A stretch of DNA of 62,716 nt, counting the filler, from Choristocarpus tenellus KU-1152 (Eukaryota > Protista > Phaeophyceae): assembly GCA_964200185.2 (NCBI GenBank). It is 12 parts of 12 records of this genome, joined end to end, with 100 filler letters (N's around TTAATTAATTAA, not from the genome) between each part and the next. Parts side by side here need not be neighbours in the genome. Positions count along the whole stretch, not along the records: positions 20,829 to 28,073 come from CAXNAD020006472.1; positions 28,174 to 31,450 come from CAXNAD020021096.1; positions 31,551 to 38,264 come from CAXNAD020007503.1; 9 more parts are not named here. The stretch is one strand, 5' to 3'. Under the pieces are notes generated by a model. The model did no database searches. It was not told where the DNA came from and saw only the letters and a program-made list of their open reading frames with translations. The stretch's first letter is position 1; each line of letters begins with the position of its first letter. The position numbers were made by a program, and so were the translations under genes. Below are positions 24,755 through 38,264 of this stretch, one piece after another.

Positions 24755-27700
24755 CTAATTCCTCATTCCCTGACCCGTCCCTCTCCCACGTCCCAAGCCC
24801 ACAGAGTACTTTCCTTGCCCCTCCCCCCCCCCTAATACTGTTGCTTGCCCTGAACCTTGCCTCCTACCCTTAAGCACACCATTACGTATTTTCCGAGTGG
24901 TATTTTTTTGTATCTGTCCCCTTTTGCCCCCCCTCGCCTCAAGGAGCTTGGTCACCTGGTCCTGACAGTAGCAAGAGATCAGGCTAGTGTGCATTAGCAA
25001 CAACTGACAAACAAGGAGGGGGGCAACAGGGGATAGCAACCTGTCTCCCATCTGTAACTACCACTGTCTATTTCTTAGGTTCCGTATTACAAGTTGCCCT
25101 TCACAGGATTGTGAAATTTTCATATTTCTGCCCAAGATATACACACGTATACCTTCCTTTTGACACAGCACGCAGTATCACAGGAATCCATTAGCAAAAA
25201 GAAAATCGCTTCCAGCACTGTCAAACAAGATGCTTGAATACCTCTATGACAATAGCGAGGCAGTGCAAAGGAACAGAATCAAAGGTCCTGTAGGTGAAAC
25301 ATGCAGTACTAGAGTAGCGAATCTGTATGTGCAATGATGACATGTTTCTATAGATAACTTAGGTTGCTGTCAGGGAATGCATTAAGAGTCAAAAGCAAAT
25401 GAGAGGTAGCCAGAGTTGCATTTAAGGATGCCCGCAAATGTTCAAAAGTTGACTGTTTTCCAAATGCATACAGGATATTTTCCAAATTGTGTTGAAATGT
25501 GTCAAATAATAGAGAAACCAACTCTCAAGTCAAACTTAGTACTTCATCTATCGAAATACAGGAGAATTGCCAAGATAACAAAAAGCTGGATTATAATGCA
25601 AAATGGACCAAATCTTGGATGCTCTCATTTACTTTGGCTCTTAATCTCTTGCTAAGTCCCTCACCTCTCTCTGTAGTTGATCTCTATTCTTCCTTGTTTG
25701 GGTGAGGACAACTTATTACAATGGAGGTGGCAATAATCCTCTTCATATCGGTTGTACAACATTTCAGTTGAGGAAATAACCTTGATTATTATAGCAGAAA
25801 CAACTCTGTATCATACTTATCTACAGACCTTGAGATCAATAATTCCGATGTAACAAGCATACACACACACAAAACAATAATGATACGAACACAGGCAGCA
25901 TTCAGGAATGATAGCATTATAACAACCATGTTGAGTGAGTGGTGCGCAGGTGGAATACTTGAAAACTGAATGCTCTTATCACCCTTTGATGATTGATCCT
26001 CACCTTCTTGTGCCTGATTGCCATGTCCAGGGGGGTCTGCTCCTCCTTGTCCACCGCACAAGGGTCTGCTCCCTCCCCAAGGAGAGTCAGCACACACTCC
26101 ACCTCTCCAGCCCTTGCTGCTAGATGCAGAGGGGTTTGCTGGTACTTATTGCGGACATCTGCTGAGAAGCCAGCCTCCAAGAGCAATTTTACCTGCAGAG
26201 ATGCCAGAACAGTTTCAGCTGAGGATTGTCTGAAAGCAGTCATTGACATCAAATGAGAGCAAAGGGTGGACCATAAATATCTCGATGTACATGTCAAATA
26301 TAAGGCCTATCCCAATAAATGCAATATATTTGATTGTAAACCTTAGAGAGAAGGTGCATACCAAGATCTCCTGCAACATCAACATAGCATCATAGCTAGC
26401 CCAGCATTTGCGTTCATGCCACACATCAGTCCCTACCACCTTTCCCATAAGCCCACCCTCACACACGCCCAAACCCTGAGCTCCATGACAGACTCTCACT
26501 TACCGTCCCTGCACTCCGACGAATGCAGGCGGCATGAACTGGACTGTAGCCATCTCCATCGCTAGCCTGATGCTGAGAGGTCATTGCACAAGAGTGCATA
26601 TCTGCAGACAACCCATATTTAAGTAACTGTCCCCTCGCATTCGCTTTCCCAACAATTACTTGTTGGGACCCTCTTCTTCCTTGGTTGGGATTTCTGCTAT
26701 CTCTTGACTCTGCAGAGTAAGAATTACTGGGCACAAACTCCTTGGCATGAGGGTTTAATGGCACAACAGGGACCTCTTCACAGCCCACACTGGAGTCAGA
26801 AAGGTCGGGAAAGGGGCTGGGGCTATTGCCAGGGATTCTGACAGATGGAACAGTTAAGACTTGCGCCCCGCCTGGGATCTCAGTTTTTTTGTCCCCAACA
26901 GACCACAAGGCTAAGCCTGTTGCTGACGCCAGACACGGTGTTGAAGATAACTCAGAAAGTGATGTCTGAACACCTGGGCATTGTCCCCTCCCCAATGATA
27001 AAATATGGGGATGACAACTGTAGTCCACAGTATTTTGCATATCCACCAGAGCATAGTAATCCCTGCTTGCTAGAACACTCTGACTGTAGCCCTGCAGCCA
27101 ACCTACTCCTGTGCCACATCCCTCAATATCCCTATACCGTTCATGGGACAAACTCGAAAGTTTCGGCCAAGTAATGTGTTCCTGGACATAAAACTGACCA
27201 CCTAGATCAAGGCACATATCCCGTTCAAATTGTGACCCATTGGTAGACAGCGTTGAATGAGAGGAACCGATTGGAGCTGCAGCAAGAGCAACTCTCCTAG
27301 CTCCTGCCCTCCTCCCTTGTTCAAATGTACCAGTCCTCCCTTCCTCCCTGCCTCCGGTGCTGTTCATGGCTTCTAGCAGCACACGCACCACTTCATCGTA
27401 TCCCTTAAGGGCTGCAATGTAGAGCACACTCTCCTGAGCCTGTTAACCCAGTCAGTATTTAGGTTGGCGAAGAGGGAGACATTTGCGACTAAGTTAGACT
27501 TAAATAGCTGGCATAGGTGACCACAAAGTTCTTTCTTGTTGCACATCTCACGATTATGGAACAGCTAACTTTACATGTTGTGAGAGGAAACATGCAAAAT
27601 GTGTTAAACCGCCACTGTTAACAATAGCCACCCCCACCCCAATTTCTGGATACCCACCTCTTCAACATTTATCTGGAAGGGGTTAGCTCCCATATCACAG

Positions 27701-27820
27701 AAGCAGATCTGTTGCAAAAAATCTAACCTAAGTCGTAAGCGCACCTGGTTCTTGGCCCATATGTCAGCTCCAGCAGTCACCATCTCTCTCACTATCTCAG
27801 TGGCGCCTCCCTCTGCAGCC
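24755..27820 (-). CDS. Ankyrin-repeat protein (5'-partial) with a long low-complexity insert carrying a PAM2 motif
   Basis: Phase-consistent GT-AG exons 27820-27745, 27439-26504, 26192-26004 and 24961-24755 (last exon less certain). Ankyrin motifs ESVLYIAALKGYDEVVRVLLEA, GYSPVHAAC, QTPLHLAARAGEVECVLTLLGEGAD, QTPLDMA. Confidence 0.85.
25386..25640. mobile_element. MITE family B (B1) copy, TSD TTAA, intronic
   Basis: TTAA|GAGTCAAAAGCAAATGAGAG ... CTCTCATTTACTTTGGCTC|TTAA. Confidence 0.9.
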
Positions 27821-30349
27821 CTATCGTAGGAGTCATCGAGACAAATTTTGCACCAGGAACTGGGTTGGGTGATTGCAGGATAGATTTACAGTAGGATTTA
27901 CAGATGGAGTGTGTGCTGCAATGGAAGGAGACAAAAATATGTTGTCACAGTGTTCATGGCAAGAGAGATGAAACGCAAAACAAGGGCTCCTGCAACACTA
28001 TCACTCCCCCCCCCCCCCAATAGGCAAAGCAATGTATGAAAACATGGTATCAATTACCAGACAACTACAGTACNNNNNNNNNNNNNNNNNNNNNNNNNNN
28101 NNNNNNNNNNNNNNNNNTTAATTAATTAANNNNNNNNNNNNNNNNNNNNNNNNNNNNNNNNNNNNNNNNNNNNTTTTTTTGTTTCTCCAAAAAAAACACC
28201 CCCCCTCCCCCCCCCCCCCCCCCCCCCACCCCGAAAAGGGTCCAACTTTGAACACTGAATAGGTCCAGTGGTAGTATAGTATAGTATAGTATAGTGTAGA
28301 ATGGAATAGAATAGAATAGACACACACTATGATAAAACAAAAATAAGAATCTCAGGTCCCGGAGGAGGGAAGGGGCAAAATATCTAGCTCGGTGACTTGA
28401 CTGAAGGGACTCGAATTACTCCCAATAAAGAACGTGCAATTGCATCCTTGATGACTCTTCAGCTCTCTACCCTCTTCTTCGACTCTACCCCCCCCCTTTC
28501 AACGTTCATGTTTTGTTTTTGTTTTTTCAAATGGAGATCTCTTTAACAGGGACCTGGGGTTTGAATCTATTTGAATCTATTTCAACAGTTACACGCAAGA
28601 GAGGGGAAAAAAAAAGAACAAGAAAAAAAAGCCTTCGGCTCTACAACGCCAAAATCATCTCTGGGTGACATTATGTGTAGGCGTTGGTAACAGACACTTT
28701 TCAGAATTATCTCGGTGCCAAGACTAAGAACATATCCTCTGTACTTTCAAACAATAAAATAAAAATAAAAATAAAATAATATATATATATATATGTATGT
28801 ATCTATGCATCTATTTATTATTATTAGCCTTGCTTTCTTGTATTGAGTTGTTCGAAGTGATCCCGGTCAGTCAACAGTCAACATTAAGAGATACACAATC
28901 AATACAATACACCACCCAGTAATTTAAAAGATTTTTATTTTTATTAATATTAATATTATTTTTTCATCTTTTGATGTCTCATCCAAGTCATCACCAAAAA
29001 ACCCCCCAAAAAAAGAGCTAGGTCCAACAAACAAAAAAACAACCACCTGTTCAGGTATTCTAAAATAATTCAAAATACCATGGGCGCAAAGTACAGACCA
29101 ACCTATATACCGGCCAATCTGTATTAAAAGTTGCTAAACAATATTTAGTATTAATAGCATACACTCTCTGTTCATCAATGCACAAATTAGCTGTGGAGGT
29201 GTAACAAAACACAAGGTGTATGTTCTCCCTTCAAGCGGAAAATCTCATGTCCATTCACCTCCTAAATAAAAAATTATCATTGAAGAAAGTCCAGCAAGAG
29301 GCTGTGACCCTCCCCACCCCTCCTCCCCCCCCCTTCAAAGCAAAAACCTTCATTCACCCTAATCTTTCCCCTTATCTCCCCTGACAGTTTCCTCACCCCA
29401 AAAAGGCGTGCGCGCACTCTAACACCACATCACAGGGAGTATTTTGAATCGAATGCACTCAAGAGCACAGAAAAAAAAAACCTACAGTTGAAAAAAAAAA
29501 GCAGAAAATTTCTATGTACTCTATTTTACATTGATCAAAAATTCTAAATTAAAAAAAAAACCCTACGCGGCAGAGCACGCACACACTTTCACTTTTTTTG
29601 CTCTTCTTCCAAAAAAAAACAAACCCCACCCCCTCAATTTTTTCGGTTTCAAACAAAATAATAAACTATAATAGCAACTGTAAAAAGAAAAAAAAATCAA
29701 ATTGGGATATTTTAGCAAATTCTGTTTTCACCACAGTTCCACCACAGTTCAGTACAGATACAGGGCACCACAACACACCTCCTCGTAAACCACAATAAAC
29801 TCATTCACGCAGAAGCTGTTCTTGCTCAAATCCTGCTCCAGCTCCTCTTCCTCCCCTTCCTCGCTGTCAAGGTCTCCCTGGGGTCGAGATGCATTGCCTC
29901 TGTTCGCCCTGATTCTCCTTAGCCCATCTATGTATATGGGATAGGGTGATAGGATTGACGAGTGTTTACAACACCATCTAAGAAAAGAGTTTGAGATCTA
30001 GGGGTGCTTCCTATACACACAGTAGAAGAAAAAGAAAACAAACAAACAAACAGATAACTTGAATAGGTACAGGCTAAGCAACCGATCAATCAATCAAATC
30101 TGTTCCGTTTCAGTTCACGCTACGATGATCGCCCCAGAGCTTCGCCCAGAGAGCTACAGAGAGATCACTCTCTCTATCCCCTGGTAGTACTGTGGTGAGA
30201 TACAGTTCGTGAAGGGAATTGGTGCACAGGGAAAGGAGATGAGAGGAGAGGAGAGGAGAAAAGCAAAGCAATGGTAGACAACACATTTTTTAATTTTTGC
30301 AACTAATAAAAAACAAATAGACAAGCATTCTTGTTCAGTACTACAGTCC

Positions 30350-30454
30350 GGTACAGTACACAGTAATACCATAACTTACTATCAGGTACAGTACACAGTA
30401 ATACCATAACTTACTATCAGGTACAGTACGCAGTAATACCATAACTTATTATCA
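30350..30454. repeat. 35-bp tandem repeat x3
   Basis: GGTACAGTACACAGTAATACCATAACTTACTATCA; third unit has two substitutions. Confidence 0.95.
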
Positions 30455-31550
30455 GGGCTTTCTATTGGACTGGTAAATTAAAACGGTCCGATCTGATGGC
30501 TGGAACAGGTCTAACGTTCTCTAATATGTTCTCTAATATGTCCGGACCATGTCCACTGGGTACTGTACTAGTCCAACCATCCAATTCGCATGTATATATA
30601 TATATTTAAAATATAGTATACTACTCTTGCTAATCATCACTGGACCTTTCTCATTCATGAAAAAAAAACATCCATGGTAGTAGTTCATATATATATATAT
30701 ATATATATGTATTGGTAATGAGAATATCAGGAGGGTTATGCATTCATAGAAACTTAAAAGATTTTCAAATTAAAAAAAACAACTTATTTCCACAAAATCA
30801 CAAATCACCCCAAGCAGCAGCAGCATTCCAAACACCAAACAAAATACAGTCTGTAACACAAAACAAAAAAATGCTAGAAAAAAAAAATCAATACATTTAT
30901 TTATGTCGAACCAGAACCAACCTAGCCACCGTAGGACAAAAGGTGCAAAACAATAACAAACATAAGTAGAGTGAACCGACAATAGAAGGAGCCACAGCCA
31001 TCACCTCCCCAGACCAAGTGTCAAAAGAATATCACCCGGGAGGCAGACCATCGATAAAACCCTAACCCTAACCCTAACTTGACTGAGTCCATGGGCTTTC
31101 ACTGCTTCAACATAGCCGGGCCACCTCCAGGCCCCTTACAACCAAGTTCAAAAACACGACCGACAATATGGCCATGAAGTGCTTCAACATGATTTGACAT
31201 CAACAAACGGTCAACAATGCTCACTCTTAACTCCCCTGCATGGTGAAGAACCTTGCTCACGATGGCACATGCGGTTTTGTACCCCAGAATAATCTGGTAC
31301 ACTACTGCACTACAGTCCCACAGGGTTGTGGTAACAGTACCTTCACAATACCATACTGCAAAAAAGTCTTCCAATCATTTTTTTTTTTTTTTTCTTTTTT
31401 GGTGGTGCAGTACATATTGATAAATTTAAACTTCATAAAAAAACCGCCACNNNNNNNNNNNNNNNNNNNNNNNNNNNNNNNNNNNNNNNNNNNNTTAATT
31501 AATTAANNNNNNNNNNNNNNNNNNNNNNNNNNNNNNNNNNNNNNNNNNNN

Positions 31551-31647
31551 ATTTTGGAGTAGGAAAATGCCATAAAAGAACCCATGGGAAGCCAAGCCCA
31601 AATTGACAAACAGGGCAAAACCCTTACCCTCTAAGATACTTTCAGTC
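31551..31647. mobile_element. MITE family A, partial (contig start)
   Basis: ...GGGAAGCCAAGCCCCAAA...TACCCTCTAAGATACTTTCAGTC. Confidence 0.85.
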
Positions 31648-32190
31648 TCTATTTGCGTTGGTCGTGTGCACACAGGAGTACATGTGCTATCAATGTTTGC
31701 GCTCTGAACCTCTCGGGCTTATTGCATAATCTGTGTACGAATACATGCGTACATGAGCCTGAAATATGAAAGTTTCTTAAGATGGTTCACATGTTTTTTT
31801 TTTAGCCAGTAGGGCGTCTCAAAATTGGGCTGGAACATAGTATGTGTCCATAACAACCACATGATGTAGTTATACTGGACGAGTAGTTGTTGGTGATGCA
31901 TTGGTCAAAGCGTATTCAGCAAGGACCGGTCGTATGATGTCTCCCTCACCGATACTCAGGTTCACAATTCTTGTGCTGCGTGTGGGCAGGGACTGGTGCA
32001 TAGTAGCAGTAGTGGACCAAAATCACAAGTGCATACCCCAGCAGGTACTCGTGCCTACTGTAAGAGGAGACCAGGTTAACGATGTTGGAGGACAGCTTGT
32101 ATGTGCACTACGTATGTACTTACTACGGAGTATGAAATGTACTAGTACATGCGTAGAGCTGTATGACTTGCAATACAAAAGAACCACAAT

Positions 32191-32719
32191 GAGTCAAACC
32201 AACTGAGAGGTAAGCAGGGTTCCAATTTAAGGATCCCGAGATAGATGAGATAGGGGAAAAAGTTTAATTTTGTACAATTGCAGAATGAGCCTTCACTGAA
32301 TTGTTGAGTCAGCTTCTGTGTGGAAAGGAGGGATATCAATGTTTCCCGCACTAATGCGCACATAAAGCAAGAGTGAAAGGACCTTAGAGGGTACGAGTTT
32401 CGCCCTGTTTGCCCATTTGGGGCTTGGCTTCCCTAGGGGCTCTTACGACACTTTCCTACTCCAAAATATTTCGGAGTAGATAAAGTGTGTACGTTATGAA
32501 AAGGTGGGTCTGGAACAAGGATATCTACACTTCCCAACAAACACGATAGTCAAAATTACATCAGAATCGCAACATTGGATTTTGACCCCCAAACGGACGC
32601 GGCTCTGCCTTCAAAGATACTTTGGCTCGCAATGAAATGGAGGGTACTGCACAGAATAAGAAATATGACTTAAAGTACAAAGGGGTCCAAAACTGCCTAC
32701 TTCCCAATTGGTATAGCTC
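32191..32719. mobile_element. MITE family B (B2) copy interrupted by family A; flanks AAT/AAT
   Basis: AAT|GAGTCAAACCAACTGAGAGG ... CTTCCCAATTGGTATAGCTC|AAT. Confidence 0.85.
32371..32628. mobile_element. MITE family A copy, TSD GCAA
   Basis: GCAA|GAGTGAAAGG ... AAGATACTTTGGCTC|GCAA. Confidence 0.95.
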
Positions 32720-33712
32720 AATATGGAGTTTCTTCTCTTCTCCCGGTGGAAACTATGCAAAAGAGAGCTACTCAAGTAGAGTATTTTGCTTTGTGTGGTA
32801 TGGTAAGGTGGGGGGTGGTGCTCTCCCTTGTTGTCTAATTCATTCGTCATCAAACACGTCAGAAATATGTTTAAACATGTTTGTGACAGTTACACTACGT
32901 CAGTCACTTATAAGTTCAAGTTACATTACTTCATTCACTTTTATACTATAAACCATATAGACTACTAGTCTATATTGCACAGAAACGTGTGTGATCCTTC
33001 TGTTAAAACATAGACTACTCCCTCTGTCATTCCTAGATACAGTTCAGCACCATCAGCTAGTGTCGACCATTGGCGCTCTTGTCAGCACGGAAGAGGCAAA
33101 ATTTGGCGCTACTCTACACACAGATAGCAGGTGAGGGAAAGGCAAACGGTGATCGCATTGCAAAGGGAGAGAGAACGCTTCCGTGTCCATGGCATCGAAT
33201 TCTCTCAATGCTGCAATTATATTTATTGACCTTCAATTCTTGCTTTTTTGTCCAACTCATTGTTGGGGGAAACTACTAGTCAGTATTATTTCTTCAGTTG
33301 ATGACCAGGAGGCGTACTTCGATTCAATGAAAGCACAACACTGGCGGTGATGGTGCGGCATTATTGTGAGTATCTAGTTCTGCTGGATCTTCAGTAGAGA
33401 GATTGGTGGGACAAGCGATGGAAGCGACTGTTCAGCATTGCATCTGGGGCCTATAGTGCCTGGTCCCTCCTTTAGGGGGATGGCACTAATTAGTTGGAAC
33501 TATGGTGCAACATTGCATCCTCCTCATGTGGTCAGAGAGTGGGTGCTAGGAAAATGAGAGGGGACAACATGGTAGGACATTGCCTCATGCTCCACATGAT
33601 ATGAATGGGAACTCGTTGTGGCAATTGTCTACAAACTAGTTCTCTCTACGTCAACTGTCGGGTTATTTTCGAGAGGCCTACTACCAACCTAACAGCAAGA
33701 GCTTCTGCCTTG

Positions 33713-33969
33713 GAGTCAAAGTATCTGAGAGGGTAGAGCTGCGTCCATTCGGGAGCCAAAATGCAATATTGTGATTTTGATTTAATTTTGGTTGTGTTTG
33801 TTAGGAATTGTCAATATCCTTATTCTGGACACACCTTTTCATAACACACACACATTTTACCTACTCCGAAACATTTTGGGGTAGGAAAATGTCATAAAAA
33901 AAACATGGGAAGCCAAGCCCCAAACGGACAAATAGGGTAAAACTCGCACCCTCCAAGATATTTTCACTC
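33713..33969. mobile_element. MITE family A copy (reverse orientation)
   Basis: CTTG|GAGTCAAAGTATCT ... GATATTTTCACTC|TTTG. Confidence 0.92.
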
Positions 33970-34049
33970 TTTGCACGTTCCGTTGGCCTAGGTGAGCCAT
34001 AAGATACTGCCCCTCGGAAAACAATGGCCCACTATGGTGTTGGCCCCCA

Positions 34050-35450
34050 CTAGGTTCCTGGTCCTTAGTGGTACTACTTCTCTGCGAGTCTGGATGTCTC
34101 TTTTTGTGTCACGGTTTCTGTTTTGGCTTTGCATGTATGTTATTGCATGCCTACATTTCTGGGTAAATTTGTTTGTCTTGCAATTGTGCATATATGTGTC
34201 TGTACAGCAAGCCTCGTGTAGAGGTCTAAGTGTCTGTGGTTTTCAAGAGGGCGTACATACACGGTGTAGAGGGGCCTCATATTTCTTCCTGTATAGAGAT
34301 TGTGAGATGCCATCCCTGTTTTCATAGACGTCCGATACATAGTACACAGCCAATGTCATGTTCGCGTCGTCTCCTCTACAACCAACAAATATAGGGTCAC
34401 AAATAGGTTGGAATACCGGATACCTCACCTTGCACTCAGCCCCTTCCCTCTGGGACTTCAATCATGCTGTTACAGAGATAACATCGTTGTGTTCAATGAG
34501 GCTATCCAGTAATACAACAAGGTGTGTTGATAAAATGAAATAAGTACTCTTTACTACTCAAAGGAGTCGAAACAAGCGAGGGGCACCCAGGTTGCATTTT
34601 AAGGATGCTGACAAGTATGTGCAAATTTCGGCATTTTGAAAAACTGAATGCAGGAAATTGCCGGAATTCTGTTGAAAACTCCCCAACAATAGAGAAAGCA
34701 ACGCTCTCAAATAAATCTTTGTACGTCATCCATAGAAATATGGGTGAATCGCAGAAGATACAAAAACGTGGCTTAAAATGAAAAACGACCAATACCTGGG
34801 TACTTCTTGTTTGCTTCGGCTCGGAGTAATATTAAGCATTGATAGCGGCTGAACTATACTCGCTCCAATGTATTGCAACAAAGGTGTTGAGGGAGCGAGA
34901 CATAACCTTACAAAATCTCCCCCTTCAATGCCCAAGATTTCAATATTAAATAACGACCAACAGCTTCTTGTTGATAGTTCTTTGATTTTGTGCCTCAAAA
35001 TGCCATCTGGTGGGAGCAAAGACCCAACACGGGAAAAATCAACTTAACTATTTATTAATAATATTGATATAGTACAACTTCAGCTGTACTCCTGTAATGT
35101 TATTCTTGCATGTATCTACGTTTATATTGTAACATGGAACGTGCGTCAAAACTCACCCCACAACCGATTCTCGGTGTGGTGAGGGATACGATGGCATTGG
35201 CGACCGCGTCAACATATGTTACGGTCATATAAATGTGCGGTTAGACAAACCTCCGCAGCAAGCAATCCACCGTACAGAGTGGAACCTGTTTAGAGCCCTA
35301 GATGGTTCATATTCTCACCAAATCTTGTCATTCATCGTGTTTGTTGGTGTTGCCCTGACTTCCAAGAATATCGTTCTCTATCTGTCTGTCGGGGAAACAC
35401 GTTACAGTCACACTTACACCACCAGAGCACTTTCTCATGGAGTAGTATCC
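34050..35450 (-). mobile_element. Decayed Penelope-like remnant (RT tail plus GIY-YIG-like segment)
   Basis: AVYYV...NLYTGRNMRPLY resembles GIY-YIG (VY..C/YIG.T.R.L); upstream IENDILG and IEGGDFVR; interrupted by a family B MITE. Confidence 0.4.
34564..34822. mobile_element. MITE family B (B1) copy
   Basis: GAGTCGAAACAAGCGAGGGGCACCCAGG ... CCTGGGTACTTCTTGTTTGCTTCGGCTC. Confidence 0.85.
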
Positions 35451-35463
35451 CACGACTGATTCA

Positions 35464-35720
35464 GAGCCAACGTATCTTAGAGGGTAGAGCCACGTCCGTT
35501 TGGGGGCAAAAATCCAATGTTGCGATTTTGATGTAATTTGACTATCGTGTTGTTAGGAAGTGTCAATACCCTTGTTCTGGACACTACTTCTCACAACATA
35601 CACATTTTACCTGCTCCCATACATTTTGGAGTAGGAAAATGTCATAAAAAAACCCATGGGAAGTCAAGCACCAAAGGGCCAAACAGGGCAAAATTCGTAC
35701 CCTCTAAGATACTTTCACTC
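35464..35720. mobile_element. MITE family A copy (reverse orientation), flanks TCA/TCA
   Basis: TCA|GAGCCAACGTATCTTAGAGGGTA ... TACCCTCTAAGATACTTTCACTC|TCA. Confidence 0.93.
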
Positions 35721-35849
35721 TCATACAAATATCACGCAACTAGTTACACCAAGGATTCACGGTCGACTTGTTCCGATGTTATACTTCCTATAATACGTAG
35801 TGTTTCTTACCTCAATACATCCAATAATGCGGTTCTTCGATTGGGACAC

Positions 35850-37300
35850 CCCGCCCCTCTCACATCATCACATGCTCTGCCACAGCCAGCCTAGTAGTAC
35901 GCCAAGCGCCTACCACCATGTTACGAAGTAGACTTTGTTATATATACAGGAATAACCCTCACTTAGGATCCAGAGGATGAGTTCAGGTTTGACCGAGGGG
36001 GAAAGGCTAGAGGAATTTGTGTTTTGTGGAAGCATATGGATATCCGGAACCGAAGGATACAAGCGGCGAATAGTAGGGTTTACAAGGCCGTCATTCACCA
36101 AGAGGGGTGGTAGGCGACCTTATTGGGCGAGGTCATAGGTAGGATGGGCTAGAAGCAAAGCACAGTGGAGATCTCGGGGGAAAAAGAAATGACAAGCATG
36201 TCACGGATCAGAGTTGCACTGCTTTGAGGGGAGACCTTCGTGAGGTCAAGGTCCTCAAATGAGGTAAGGATGATACTTCAGGACATTCTAGACATGCATC
36301 GCCCTGGTCATCACCAAGTGGTAACTTTGGCAAGTACTGACATGAACTGCTCCAGGCATCCCTCCCTCACACTCTGGGATAGGAGATACGTGTTAATTGC
36401 GTAAACGCGGGAAATCAACCAGGAATTCTCGTTGCTGGCACAGGTGGCGGATGTGTTCTTGAAGGATGGAAAAATGGGGAAAGATGCGCAAGATCGGGTT
36501 GGGGTCCATCTGAACGATCTCGAACAGGACATTCACATACTATTTGAATACCTGTTCACACGCACATGAAGTCTTCGGTGTTGACTTGGGGGAGCTGGCG
36601 AAGTTTAGGCCAAGTTGTTTCTGGGGTTAACTGGGGTTAACTGGGGTTTTCAATCGTGGGTAAAAGATGTGGACAGACGTGGCAGTGAGAGGAAACGTTA
36701 TCAATAACACCCTACGAAAGATAACCTGGCTGCCACTATCCGCGCCCAAGATGGAGAACTAGCATTCAACGACAGTGGAACAAAGGTTCGTGCACCAGAA
36801 GCTTTGGTGAGGCAAACCGTACAGAGCAAGCACTTGGGGAGGTGGTGTGGGCAATGTATTAAAGGAGACGGTTCTATATGGCGGTTTCATAGACGCCTGC
36901 ATGAATGTTATGTGTGAGATTTAGTGGATTAGACCGGTTGACTCTTAAAGGAGTGTTTTGCTCGAGTTCTGTGTCAGTCAACCTCTCCTTCTGTAATGGT
37001 ATCCAGTTCAATGCTGTGGATCAAATTCAAAAGAATAATAAAGTCAGTGATCCCAAAAACCTCTGTGATGGATCATCACGACATCGCCTACAGCCTGTGT
37101 TTCTGAGCATGGAGCCCACACCACCCCAATTGCGTAAATTCAGCTCTGTGCTGTACCATGAAGGTCCTACCAGCGTTGGCTACGAATCAAATGGGTAACT
37201 GGTGTCTTCAGCCTGCACATCGGCTGTTTCTTTTCTGTGGCTTCCGGTCACTCGGGATCTTTCCTGTGCCTCTGATCGGTTTTAGTGGCTGTGGTGGCAA
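35850..37300 (-). mobile_element. Decayed Penelope-like RT remnant
   Basis: Ordered eroded motifs YETAI (GTAMG-like), VIDNV (IDD-like), SFRWTPT..FPIFPSF (YRKPT..YL.F.S.H-like), RVYAINT, LYPSVPDI. Confidence 0.4.
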
Positions 37301-38186
37301 TAGGGAGATCCTTGGCTTCCTTGAGACATCTGAGGCTGCGACTTGAGACACGCCAACACAGCTTGGGGCGGCCTTCACGTCTAAGGCATCTGGGTTGTCA
37401 GCTCGTCAAAACTGGGCTCGGTTGTAATCATCATCTGGGAATGACCTTGCAACAATTCGTGAAATCGTTTGCGCAAGGTTGCATCTGGGGCTTCTGAGAT
37501 GCCAGCGCTTCTAGCCACGGCTTCGGAATTAATCGCCACTTAGTGGAGGTATAGCCCTGAGACTATGTATAAGGAGCGCTGGGCACTGTACTCTGTAGGT
37601 CTTGTGTTTCCCGAATTTGAGTAGAGCAGGCTCCAGTTTGACCTCACACTCACTCTCGTTGTCCTTTCATGCTCTCGCCCTCGGTTCGCTCTCTCCTGCA
37701 ACTTTGATCTCCACTTTTCATCTTTTCCGGGCCTTTATTCTTACCTCGACTCCTCTCGCAGCCAAGACCGTTTTCACAGGGGCTAGACTCTGCAGCTTGT
37801 CTGTGGCAGTCGTAGCTCCAGTCTGAGACTGGACAGCTGGAATAGCAGCCACGGGTCAATCAGAGCTGGAACCGGGGCCAGTCCGCGGCAAATTAAGAGT
37901 AGTGTACGTAATAAGACACCTCCTAAGATATTTACTATTTGAAAATAAATAATACAACGGTGTCCCCTTATAGTTTGTTACTACCGTGTAGTGAGCACAC
38001 TGCTATGCTTCCAACCTAGCCTAGATTTGCGAAGCTGGGCAAGGAGGTAGAGAAGCATCCCAAGAATATGTCAGGCCCCTTCTTGCCCACCTGCCCAATG
38101 TCTCTAGCTTGAAATGCACGATGCATTTCACGAGAGCCACTTGCGCAGTAAAGGACACTATCTGTCTCAAACAAGAGTTGACATCA

Positions 38187-38264
38187 GGGTCAAAGTATCT
38201 GAGGGGGGGGGGGGGGGCGGGGTCCGTTTTCACCCTTTTTTCGATTTTTACTTTTTTGGGGTGT
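38187..38264. mobile_element. Family D element terminus (contig end)
   Basis: GGGTCAAAGTATCTGAG(G)n..GTCCGTTTTCACCCTTTTTTCGATT; same as 62664-62716. Confidence 0.75.
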
